Positions 25,330 through 34,800 of a DNA stretch of 60,138 nt are shown here, in pieces. The DNA comes from Patescibacteria group bacterium. GTDB taxonomy: Bacteria > Patescibacteriota > Minisyncoccia > Moranbacterales > GWC2-37-73. Made by a program: the position numbers and the translations under genes. Below the pieces are notes generated by a model, which was given only the letters and a program-made list of their open reading frames with translations, made no database searches and was not told where the DNA came from. Every line of letters starts with the position of its first letter. Position 1 is the stretch's first letter. The DNA lies in the NCBI GenBank assembly GCA_022709565.1, contig JAKLIO010000002.1, positions 1 to 60,138 on the forward strand, read 5' to 3'.

Positions 25330-25370
25330 CACCCAATCTCCAGCCGTGGATTTATGGGAATAAAAAAACC
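25330..25370 (-). repeat. Island junction module 1, copy D
   Basis: Minus strand reads GGTTTTTTTATTCCCATAAATCCACGGCTGGAGATTGGGTG. Confidence 0.7.
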
Positions 25371-25399
25371 ATCCTTTTGGAAGCTGCTTTTGTAGCGCG

Positions 25400-26569
25400 C
25401 TATTTTCTTGGTTCTATAAAAATTTCTTTTTCAACTACTGCCGGCAAAAACTTTTCCATCGATTTCCTGATTTCTTTCATTCTCTTTGCATAATCTTCTC
25501 CCGGATTCATCAGATTGATTCCTTTATCTTTCATTTCACATAGTAATGAGACAAGATATTGGACTTCATCTGTTTCAAAATTATCCCTCAAATAGGAAGC
25601 TTCCTTGATAAAAGATACTATTTCCTCTTTGGACATCTGCTCAAATTTTTCTCCAAATATTTTTCTTTCCTCATTAAAGGCTAGCATTTTTTCTCTGTCT
25701 TCATCTTTCATTTTCTTTAGCTTTATTTTCCCTCTCATTTCATTCGGCAAGTGTTTTTTTAGAAATTCTTCAACTGGGATAATTCCCAAGGCTACCTGAA
25801 AATGGAGCTTTCCCTCTTCCCTAAATCTTTTCATCTGTTCTTTGCCAATCTGTCCATCCTTGTCCATTAGTTGCCACCAAGTCGAAAAATGATCAAGCGA
25901 ATCAGTTTTTTCCACAATTTTAAATCCAATCCTATCGGCAATTTTTTGGTGATCCAAAATCCATGATCGCCCAATAACAAATTGGGTTTCCGGATATTTT
26001 TCTACAATATCTTGAGCCAACTTTTCAAAAGATTCTCTCAGTTTCATATGACCGACTCCGCCTTCTTGACGATAAGCTTCACCAAAATGAATTTCAATAT
26101 ATGGTTCCATAATTCCTATCCCAAATTTTTCAAAATCCTGATTACCCTTATCCAGATTGTATTTTATCATCCCCGCCCTGTTGGATTTTTCAGATGAATG
26201 ATCCATATTGATCGGACCAAGTGCATCAACTTTCTTCGCTGTCAAATTTGAAATTTCTTCTTCCCAATTGTCCGCTTTTTGTTCATGAATATTTTTTATT
26301 TCTTCAGAAAGCAAAGCCCAGAATTCTTCAAGATCTTTTTTCTTATCAGGATATCGTGCTTCATATTCTCTTTTAACATTATCCTTCCCGATGGGAGTGT
26401 ATTTTTCAAGAATATCTAAAAAATCGCACTCGCCATTTTTTTCTTTCTCTTCCAAAAATTTGCTGTCCGCAAAAGAAAGCTGAATGATTTGCAGTCTTTT
26501 TCTTAATTCTTTCGCATGCTGATCAATGCTTTCAGCCTCAATTGGCCTCGCGTGTTCCGGATTAAACAT
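25400..26569 (-). CDS. Hypothetical protein (389 aa from the ATG at 26569)
   Basis: Long ORF with no motif I can name. The track start at 26617 lies inside the promoter module, so MFNPEHARP is the more likely start. No SD. Confidence 0.6.
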   Translation of the reverse strand: MFNPEHARPIEAESIDQHAKELRKRLQIIQLSFADSKFLEEKEKNGECDFLDILEKYTPIGKDNVKREYEARYPDKKKDLEEFWALLSEEIKNIHEQKADNWEEEISNLTAKKVDALGPINMDHSSEKSNRAGMIKYNLDKGNQDFEKFGIGIMEPYIEIHFGEAYRQEGGVGHMKLRESFEKLAQDIVEKYPETQFVIGRSWILDHQKIADRIGFKIVEKTDSLDHFSTWWQLMDKDGQIGKEQMKRFREEGKLHFQVALGIIPVEEFLKKHLPNEMRGKIKLKKMKDEDREKMLAFNEERKIFGEKFEQMSKEEIVSFIKEASYLRDNFETDEVQYLVSLLCEMKDKGINLMNPGEDYAKRMKEIRKSMEKFLPAVVEKEIFIEPRK

Positions 26570-26596
26570 AAAAAATAATATATTAGATATATCTTT

Positions 26597-26644
26597 AGTA
26601 TAACACAATTCCCGCACACAAAAACCAGCCCCGGAAAGAGCTGG
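26597..26644 (-). repeat. Island junction module 2, copy C (terminator hairpin plus promoter)
   Basis: Minus strand reads CCAGCTCTTTCCGGGGCTGG-TTTTTGTGTGCGGGAATTGTGTTATACT. Confidence 0.65.
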
Positions 26645-26655
26645 TAAAACAATTT

Positions 26656-27324
26656 TTATTGCAAACTTTCAATTTCTCTTTTTATATTATTTCGTGCCTT
26701 AACTTCAGATTTTTTAAACATTTCTTCAGTAAAATATATTCTATCCTTTTTGAGAAAATTTTCCATAACCTCTTTTCTTCTTTCCTTATAAACATCATCT
26801 GGAACCCAAGCGTATTCTCGACGTATGGCTTTAGTATATGAATCATATTTATCATTGTCTTCAGACAAAATGGCCAAATCACCATCAAGAAAAATTGAGC
26901 AATCATTGTCACCGTCAATATTTTCGTGCTTCCATGTTGCCCTTATTAACTTTTCAACTTTTACAATAATATCTTTTTGAATTCCTAATTCTTCAAGTTT
27001 TTTTCTAGCAAAAATTGCGCTTTGCTCTTCATTATCTTTAGCCTGCGTATCATATATAACATCGTGAAACCAAGTTGCTAAACATACCGCATCAAAATTC
27101 TCGATTTCATCTTTTTTTCCTTCAATAAATTTTAAAAGTTTTTCAACATGTTTTCTGTTGTGATAAAATCTTTTTTCAGAATCATACATCCTGACGATTT
27201 TATTGAATATTTCTTCGCCTTTCTTTGGATCTACGCCAAAATTTTCAATCGCAGATTTCCATTCTTTCTCTGCTTCAAATTCTTTCTCTATTCTCATTAA
27301 TGTTGATTCTTTTATTTCTGCCAT
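26656..27324 (-). CDS. HD-domain metal-dependent phosphohydrolase
   Basis: YHNRKHVEKL ... ATWFHDVIYD ... FLDGDLAIL ... IRREYAWVP form an HD-superfamily His/Asp pattern. Confidence 0.75.
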   Translation of the reverse strand: MAEIKESTLMRIEKEFEAEKEWKSAIENFGVDPKKGEEIFNKIVRMYDSEKRFYHNRKHVEKLLKFIEGKKDEIENFDAVCLATWFHDVIYDTQAKDNEEQSAIFARKKLEELGIQKDIIVKVEKLIRATWKHENIDGDNDCSIFLDGDLAILSEDNDKYDSYTKAIRREYAWVPDDVYKERRKEVMENFLKKDRIYFTEEMFKKSEVKARNNIKREIESLQ

Positions 27325-27349
27325 AAAGATGTTTTTTTAATTTATTCTA

Positions 27350-27408
27350 CCCCCATTATACCAACCCCCGCACACAAAAACCAGCCGCAGATTTGGGAAA
27401 TAAAAATA
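27350..27408 (-). repeat. Island junction modules 1 and 2, copy B
   Basis: Minus strand reads TTTTTATTTCCCAAATCTGCGGCTGG-TTTTTGTGTGCGGGGGTTGGTATAATGGGGG. Confidence 0.7.
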
Positions 27409-27429
27409 TAAGACAACAAGGCTTGCATT

Positions 27430-27939
27430 TTACTTGCCAAGAAGAATGTCGCTGTAGGAATTTTTTATTTTTGTATATTTCTCAAGTTCTAACATCTTAT
27501 AAACTTCCGCATATTCAGTTTGAAACTTTTCAAGCTTTCCCTTTACAACAGTTTCCAATTCTAAAAAAGATCCGGCTTTTTTAACTTTATCTAAATGAAT
27601 CCGCGTATTTTTCAAAATCCATATTTCCCTTTCTTTTTCCACGATCACTTTTTCTCCGAAAGCTTGGCTCAAAAAAAGTTTTGTTTCTTTTAATTTCTTT
27701 TTATCAATCTTCAAAACATTATACTCTGACACCTTGTTTTCTTCGTGGTTTGGTCGAATATAAAATATAATCTCGGATTTATTCTCATTTATCTCGCGTA
27801 ATTTTAGCCGTCCGTTCTTGCAATTATAATATGTGTCTACTTGATGAAATATTCCCCCGCGCTTAGCACCGTTGGATTTCAAAATGGAAACAATTTTCTT
27901 AAAATTTCCAATTTTCACCTTAACTTCAATGTTTTTCAT
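27430..27939 (-). CDS. CYTH-domain protein (class IV adenylate cyclase / CyaB-like triphosphate tunnel enzyme)
   Basis: 169 aa with an N-terminal IEVKVKI (ExExK-like) motif, QVDTYYN, RLKLREIN, IHLDKVKKAGSFLELE, and a size typical of CyaB/CYTH proteins. Confidence 0.7.
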   Translation of the reverse strand: MKNIEVKVKIGNFKKIVSILKSNGAKRGGIFHQVDTYYNCKNGRLKLREINENKSEIIFYIRPNHEENKVSEYNVLKIDKKKLKETKLFLSQAFGEKVIVEKEREIWILKNTRIHLDKVKKAGSFLELETVVKGKLEKFQTEYAEVYKMLELEKYTKIKNSYSDILLGK

Positions 27940-27963
27940 ATATTTTTATTTATACCTTGTCTA

Positions 27964-28036
27964 CATTATACCAACCCCTCCCCACAAAAACCAGCTTCTC
28001 GCCCAATCTCCCGCTGCGGATTTGGGGAAAAACAAC
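27964..28036 (-). repeat. Island junction modules 1 and 2, copy A
   Basis: Minus strand reads GGTTGTTTTTCCCCAAATCCGCAGCGGGAGATTGGGCGAGAAGCTGG-TTTTTGTGGGGAGGGGTTGGTATAATG. Confidence 0.75.
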
Positions 28037-28075
28037 CATACTTTCCCCAATAATTTAAAAAAGGCTTATATAAAA

Positions 28076-28152
28076 GCAAAAAACACCCTGCCTGGGTGCT
28101 TTTTGCCTTCCATACCCTGTACCAAATCCTCTTTTAGCGGATTGGTACAGGG
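28076..28152 (-). terminator. rpoC terminator region (two hairpins)
   Basis: Minus-strand CCCTGTACCAATCC...GGATTTGGTACAGGG, then GCACCC-aggca-GGGTG followed by TTTTTTGC. Confidence 0.7.
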
Positions 28153-28216
28153 CAAGCCGCTCAAGTATTAGTATATTTGTATTTCCTAAGAAGCTAATAA
28201 GCTAAAGCCTGATAAG

Positions 28217-31200
28217 CTACTTCTTGAACTCTCGGTATCCTGTTCCAGCTGGGATCAGGCGGCCGATGATCACGTTTTCTTTAAGGCCTCTGAGACGATC
28301 ATCTTTTCCGGTCACGGCGGCGTTAATCAAAACGCGGGCTGTTTCCTGGAAGGATGCGGCTGACAGGAACGATTCAGTTGAAAGAGCAACCTTGGTAATT
28401 CCCATAATCAGCTGCTCGCCAGTGGCTGGATCTTTCTTAGCTTTATGCGCGTCATCATTTTCTTCACGGAATTGATCCTTTTCAACAATGTCGCCCGGCA
28501 GAAGATCTGTGTCGCCGGCTTCCAAAACTTTGATGCGGCTCAGCATTTGGCGAATGATAACTTCAACATGTTTGTCATTGATGCCTTCGCCCTGCGCTGC
28601 GTAAATTTCCTGAATCTCGTTGATGATATATCTTTGGATTGCTTCTTGTCCCATGGTGGCATAAAGCTTCTTAAGATCAATATGTCCTTCGTTCAGCTGG
28701 GTGCCTTTGCCAATAAGCTGTCCTTTAGCAACAACAATGGTTGATTCGCTTGGAACTTGATATTCCACCATGTCTTTACCAGTGGTTTCAACTTTGATTG
28801 TAGTTGTTTTTTTATTCTCATTGACGATTTCCATAACCTTTCCGTCAACTTCAGAAATGACTGCTTCGCCTTTCGGTGGGCGAGCTTCAAAAATTTCTTC
28901 CACACGCGGCAGACCTTGGGTGATGTCTGTTCCCGCGACACCTCCAGTATGGAAGGTACGCATCGTCAGCTGTGTTCCCGGTTCACCGATAGCTTGCGCA
29001 GCCACAATTCCGACTGCTTGACCAATATTGACCAAGTTGCTGCGACCAAGGTCAGCGCCATAACAAGCGCGACAGATTCCTCTTTGGCTTTTGCAAGTGA
29101 TGACATTTCTGATTTTAACTTGTTTTACGCCCGCTTTGTCGACAGCTTGTCCGTCTTCCTTGGAAGCTAATGTGCCTTTTTTAACAATGACTTTTTTGGT
29201 CTTCGGATCAACAACATCTTCAACCAGGACGCGGCCTTCAACTCTGGCTGCAAAACTTAGTCCGATTCTTTCTGAATCTTCTTTGTAGATAAATCCCCCT
29301 TCAGTATCGCCGCAATCTTCTTCGCGAACAATAATGTCTTGAGCCACGTCAACGAGGCGGCGAGTCAGATATCCGGCAGTCGCGGTTCGAAGAGCGGTGT
29401 CAGCCATACCTTTTCTGGCTCCGTGAGTTGAAATGAAATATTCCAAAACATTGAAACCCTCTTTGAATGAGCTTTTTACTGGCAGTTCAATCGTTTCTCC
29501 AGTTGGTCCGGCCACGAGTCCTTTCATACCTTCCATCTGCACCACCACTGATTCTGAACCTCTGGCTTTGGAGTGCACCATAGTATAAACGCTGCCTTCA
29601 TGATCCAAGGAACTTTTCACGGCATCCGCAATAATGTTTTTTGTGCGATTCCAAATATCAATCACGCGGTTCTTTCTTTCTTCTTCAGTCAGGAGACCCA
29701 TCAGATATTGCTGGTTGATAGTCGCAACTTCTTCTCCGGCTTTTTTCATAGCTGGTGCTTTTTCCGGCGGAACTTGCAGATCATCCATACCCCAACTGAT
29801 TCCGCTGCAGCCAGCCATTTTGAATCCGAGCTGCTTGATGCGGTCGATGAACTGCGCAGTTTCTTCCTGTCCTTTTGTCATCAGAATGCGCGCTACCAGA
29901 TGTTTGATTTCTTTCTGAGTAAATTCTTCATTTATAAATCTGAATTCAGGCAGCAAGATATTATTAAGCATGATGCGCCCTACCGATGTTTCCAAAATTT
30001 CTTTTCCGATCTGAACTCTTATTTTTGCGTTCACAGCCACGTAATCCAATTGATGGGCCAAAATAGCTTCTTCAGGAGTCGCGAAAATTTTCCCTTCACC
30101 TTTAACTCCGTCTTTGATGTGAGTGATATAATAAATTCCCAACACAATATCTTTTGATGGAACAACGATCGGTTCTCCGGAAGCCGGTTTCAAAAGATTT
30201 TTGGAAGAAAGCATGATGTTGGCGCTTTCTTCGCGAGCTTGATCAGTCAGCGGCACATGCACAGCCATCTGGTCTCCATCGAAGTCAGCGTTGAAGGCAG
30301 TACAAACCATAGGATGAACCTGAATAGCTTTTCCTTCGATCAGCACCGGTTGGAAAGCCTGAATAGACAAGCGGTGCAGGGTCGGAGCGCGGTTCAAAAG
30401 AACATAGTGATGTTCGATGATTTCATCCAAAATTTCATAAGCTTCTTCGGCTTCCGCGTCCACCATTCGGCCGGCAGTTCTCACATTGTGCGCGAATTCT
30501 TTTTCAATAATTTTATTAATGATAAACGGTTTGAAAAGTTCGAGCGCCATTTTCTTCGGCAGTCCCGCTTGATGCAATTTCAGCTGCGGACCAACCACGA
30601 TCACGGAACGTCCGGAATAGTCAACGCGTTTTCCCAAAAGGTTTTGTCTGAATCTCCCCTGTTTGCCTTTGAGCGCGTCTGCGAGTGAGCGCAGCGGTCG
30701 TCTTTGTCCAGTGGAAGCGGCCACGGATGACTGACCTTTGCGGGCGCTGTTGTCAAACAAAGCGTCCACGGCTTCTTGCAGCATTCTTTTTTCATTTCTT
30801 GTAATAACTTCCGGCGCGCCTAAATCAATCAGTTTTTTCAAACGATTATTTCTGTTGATAATTCTGCGATACAAGTCATTGAGATCAGAAGTCGCAAAAC
30901 GTCCTCCGTCCAAAGCTACCATAGGACGCAGATCCGGCGGGATAACTGGAATCGCAGTCGGTAGCATCCATTCAAGTTGCAATCCGGCTTTTTTGAAACC
31001 CTGAAAAAGTTTCATGCGTTTGAAAAGTTTTTTCTTGTCGGATGTTTCCTCGTCTTCCAATTCTTTCTTAATCTTCTTGATCATCTTATCGATATTCATT
31101 TCGGAAAGCACATCGCGCACAGCTTCAGCACCAATACCGGCTGAAAATACTTGTCCGAAACGGGAAGACAGATTGAAATATTCCAATTCTGAAAGAACCT

Positions 31201-31801
31201 GCATCGGTTTCAGACTTTTGATTTCATCTCTGACTGCTTTGTATTGATCGTGCAATTCTCCGAGCATTGTGTCAGCGCCACGTTCATTTTCAGTACTGCC
31301 GGATTTGATTTCTTTCTGCTTGGCTTTGTATTCCTGTTCCAATTGATTTACAACACGGTCTCTCACTTCTTCATTGACGCTTTTAATAATGTAAGCGGAA
31401 AAATAGATAACTTTTTCCAAGTCCTGCACGCCAATGCCCAAAGCTAAACCGATTTTTGACGGCACACCGCGCAGAAACCAGATATGTGAAACCGGCACAG
31501 CCAATTTGATGTGTCCCATTCTTTCGCGACGCACGATTGAACGAGTCACTTCGACTCCGCATTTGTCGCAAACGATGCCTTTATATCTGATACGTTTATA
31601 TTTTCCGCAGTAACATTCCCAGTCTTTGGAAGGCCCAAAGATTTTCTCGCAGAAGAGTCCGTCTTTTTCGTACCGCTGGGTGCGATAGTTGATTGTTTCC
31701 GGTTTGGTGATTTCGCCGTGAGACCAATTCATTATGCTTTCCGGGCTGGCTAGCCTGAGTCGGACGCTATTGAAATCGCTCACTTTAGTAATATTTTCCA
31801 T
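28217..31801 (-). CDS. rpoC: DNA-directed RNA polymerase subunit beta'
   Basis: 1194 aa with the NADFDGDQM catalytic motif, a zinc-binding CxCGK..C..C segment near the N-terminus and full-length similarity. Confidence 0.98.
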   Translation of the reverse strand: MENITKVSDFNSVRLRLASPESIMNWSHGEITKPETINYRTQRYEKDGLFCEKIFGPSKDWECYCGKYKRIRYKGIVCDKCGVEVTRSIVRRERMGHIKLAVPVSHIWFLRGVPSKIGLALGIGVQDLEKVIYFSAYIIKSVNEEVRDRVVNQLEQEYKAKQKEIKSGSTENERGADTMLGELHDQYKAVRDEIKSLKPMQVLSELEYFNLSSRFGQVFSAGIGAEAVRDVLSEMNIDKMIKKIKKELEDEETSDKKKLFKRMKLFQGFKKAGLQLEWMLPTAIPVIPPDLRPMVALDGGRFATSDLNDLYRRIINRNNRLKKLIDLGAPEVITRNEKRMLQEAVDALFDNSARKGQSSVAASTGQRRPLRSLADALKGKQGRFRQNLLGKRVDYSGRSVIVVGPQLKLHQAGLPKKMALELFKPFIINKIIEKEFAHNVRTAGRMVDAEAEEAYEILDEIIEHHYVLLNRAPTLHRLSIQAFQPVLIEGKAIQVHPMVCTAFNADFDGDQMAVHVPLTDQAREESANIMLSSKNLLKPASGEPIVVPSKDIVLGIYYITHIKDGVKGEGKIFATPEEAILAHQLDYVAVNAKIRVQIGKEILETSVGRIMLNNILLPEFRFINEEFTQKEIKHLVARILMTKGQEETAQFIDRIKQLGFKMAGCSGISWGMDDLQVPPEKAPAMKKAGEEVATINQQYLMGLLTEEERKNRVIDIWNRTKNIIADAVKSSLDHEGSVYTMVHSKARGSESVVVQMEGMKGLVAGPTGETIELPVKSSFKEGFNVLEYFISTHGARKGMADTALRTATAGYLTRRLVDVAQDIIVREEDCGDTEGGFIYKEDSERIGLSFAARVEGRVLVEDVVDPKTKKVIVKKGTLASKEDGQAVDKAGVKQVKIRNVITCKSQRGICRACYGADLGRSNLVNIGQAVGIVAAQAIGEPGTQLTMRTFHTGGVAGTDITQGLPRVEEIFEARPPKGEAVISEVDGKVMEIVNENKKTTTIKVETTGKDMVEYQVPSESTIVVAKGQLIGKGTQLNEGHIDLKKLYATMGQEAIQRYIINEIQEIYAAQGEGINDKHVEVIIRQMLSRIKVLEAGDTDLLPGDIVEKDQFREENDDAHKAKKDPATGEQLIMGITKVALSTESFLSAASFQETARVLINAAVTGKDDRLRGLKENVIIGRLIPAGTGYREFKK

Positions 31802-31838
31802 AAGATTTTTTATATAAGAAGTTTATTACGAAAGTTAA

Positions 31839-34800
31839 TTAAATTTGATCAACGTCTTCCCCAGTCTTTTCGTAGGCGGGTTCATCTTCCAGACCATCGT
31901 CTTCGTTGAGTTTCGAATCAATGAGTTCGACATCTAAACATAGACCCTTGAGTTCGTTCACTAACACATGGAACGAAGCCGGGATGTTTGGACTCTTGAT
32001 TTTTTCGCCCTTGATTATTGATTCATAAGCTTTAGATCGGCCGAGCACATCGTCGGATTTGATCGTCAGCATTTCTTGCAATGTATAAGCTGATCCATAT
32101 CCTTCCAAAGCCCACACTTCCATTTCTCCGAATCTCTGTCCGCCGAATTGCGCTTTGCCTCCCAATGGTTGCTGAGTGATTAATGAATATGGTCCGATGG
32201 AACGCATGTGCAGTTTGTCTTCCACTAAGTGGTTCAGCTTCATGACATACATCACACCGACAGTTGTTTCATTGTCAAAATATTCGCCGGTTTTTCCATC
32301 GATAAGTCTTATCTTTCCATTTTCCGGAAGCCCAGCTTTTCTCAGTTCGCCTTTGATGTCTTCTTCCGTGATTCCATCAAGTGCCGGCGTCGCGGCTTTG
32401 TATCCAAGTTTAAGAGCAGCCCAGCCAAGATGAGTTTCCAAAATCTGTCCGATGTTCATACGGGAAACAACGCCCAATGGATTAAGAATCACATCGATCG
32501 GAGTTCCGTCCGGCAAATATGGCATATCTTCCACCGGCGCAATGCGGGAAATGACACCTTTGTTTCCATGGCGTCCGGCCAATTTGTCGCCGACTGAAAC
32601 TTTGCGAAGCTGCGCGACGGAAACCTGAATTTGTTTGATGACTCCGGTTGAAAGTTTGTCGCCTTGTTCTCGAGAAAGAATTTTAATGTCAACCACTTTT
32701 CCGTGTTCACCGTGCGGCAAATAGAGTGAAGAATCTTTCACATCTTTTGATTTCTCGCCGAAGATCGCACGTAAGAGTCTTTCTTCCGGTGTCAGATCGC
32801 CTTCGCCTTTCGGTGTGATTTTTCCAATCAGAATATCACCGGAAGAAACTTCAGCACCGATGCGGATTATGCCGGTTTCGTCCAAATTCTTTAATCTTTC
32901 TTCACCAATGTTTGGAATGTCCCTAGTCACAACTTCCGGTCCAAGCTTAGTGTCGCGCACATCGATTGAAAAATCTTCAATATGAATTGAGCTGTACCAA
33001 TCATCTCTCAGCAATCTTTCGGAAAGAATAATAGCGTCTTCAAAGTTGTAGCCGTCCCAAGGAATGAAAGCCACCAATGGATTTTGTCCCAGTGCCAGTT
33101 CTCCATTTTCCGTAGCAGCGCCATCAGCCAAAAGTTGCCCCTTTTTCACCACTTGTCCTTTTTCGACGCGCGGCAATTGACTCATGCTGGTGAAAGCGTT
33201 GGATTTTTGGAAGGATTGCAATCTGTATTCGCGTTTGAAATTGTCTTTTTTGGCTCCAACCGGTGCGGCTTCTTTAATAACAATGTGCGCGGCATCAACT
33301 TCAACCACTTCTCCGTCATTGACGGCGTTAACAACTTGTCCCGAATCAGAAGCGGCCTTGTCTTCAATGCCGGTTCCCACAAACGGAGCTTGCGGCACGA
33401 TGCAGGGCACAGCTTGACGTTGCATGTTTGAACCCATGAGGGCGCGGTTAGCATCATCATGTTCCAAAAATGGAATAAGCGATGTCGCAATCGAGATGCA
33501 TTGCTTCGCGGAAACATCGATATAATCAAGTTTGTCGGATTCAATCATTTCCGGATTGCCTTTCACACGGGCTTCCACGATGTCTTCCACAATATTGCGA
33601 TTATCATCAGTCTCCACGCGCGCGTGCGTGATGATGCAACGATCTTCAACGGTCGCGTTCAAATATTCAATGTCATCGGAAATATATGGTTTGATTTTGA
33701 TAGTCTTTTTTCCGGATTTGGCGATTTTCTTAGCCATTTCCTCGGTAATTTTTTCTCCAGATTTTCCAACACCGCTGATGTTTTCATTTAAAACACGATT
33801 TACCAGATTTTCAGACTTAACATCCATCTCTTTATACAGTTTGATATAGGGAGTTTCCAAAAATCCGAAATCATTGATTCTGGCATAAGAAGCCATGTGG
33901 CCTACCAAGCCGATGTTTGGACCTTCCGGAGTTTCAATCGGACAGATGCGGCCGTAGTGAGAATGATGCACATCGCGAACTTCGAATCCGGCGCGCTCGC
34001 GGGTAAGTCCTCCCGGGCCCATCGCTGACAAACGTCTTTTGTGTTCCAGCTCGGCTAATGGATTTACTTGATCCATGAATTGTGAAAGCTGGGAACTTGA
34101 GAAAAATTCTTTAATAGCGGCAGCTACCGGACGGGAATTGATAAGTTGTCCCGGCACGACAGTTTCAATATCGCAGGTACTCATTCTGTCTTTGATGTTT
34201 CTCGCCATGCGAGCCATACCGATGCGCAATTTATTTTGCACCAATTCGCCCACGCCTCTCACACGTCTGTTGCCAAGATGATCGATATCATCGGCAATCG
34301 CGTGCGGATCATTATTAAGGCGAATGATTTCTTTGATAATCAAAAGCAGATCTTCCATCAGCAAAATTCTGTTTTCTTCGTTGTCTGGTCTTTCCACGCT
34401 AAGTCTCTGGTTCAGACGATAACGGCCAACGCTGCCAAAATCATATTTATCAAAATTGAAGAACATCGAATTCACCAATTGTTTGGCATTTTCCGCTGTT
34501 GCCAAATCTCCCGGCCTGATTCTTTTATATATTTCTTTGTATCCTTCAGCCTGACTCTTGGTTATGTCTTTAGCTAAAGTTTCCGCAATAAATTTCGTTT
34601 CACCTTTATCAGAGTCTTTGAATGTCTTGAGGATTTCTTCATCCTTTTCCATGCCGAAAGCTTTGAGCAGCGAAGTTACCGGAATTTTGCGTTTGCGATC
34701 AATGCGGACATTCAAAACGCCGTCGAGTCCGGTTTCAATTTCGAGCCAGGCGCCGCGGTTAGGAATAAGTTTAGCTCCAAAAAGCTTCTTGCCTTTCTGA

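Noticed and set aside
22349-28036. Possibility that the repeated junction modules form a CRISPR array.
   Set aside because: The repeats are separated by whole genes (0.3-2 kb) rather than 25-40-nt spacers. The copies are imperfect, and no cas genes are present.
22349-28036. Calling the island a classical integron.
   Set aside because: There is no intI-like integrase in the window. The modules do not show the attC R''-L''/L'-R' organisation or the GTTRRRY core, and most cassettes carry their own promoters. The pattern is kept only as a cassette-like analogy.
20729-28036. Interpreting the island as a prophage.
   Set aside because: No integrase, terminase, capsid, tail or portal-like ORFs are present. 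The genes are individually terminated and lack phage-like operon structure.
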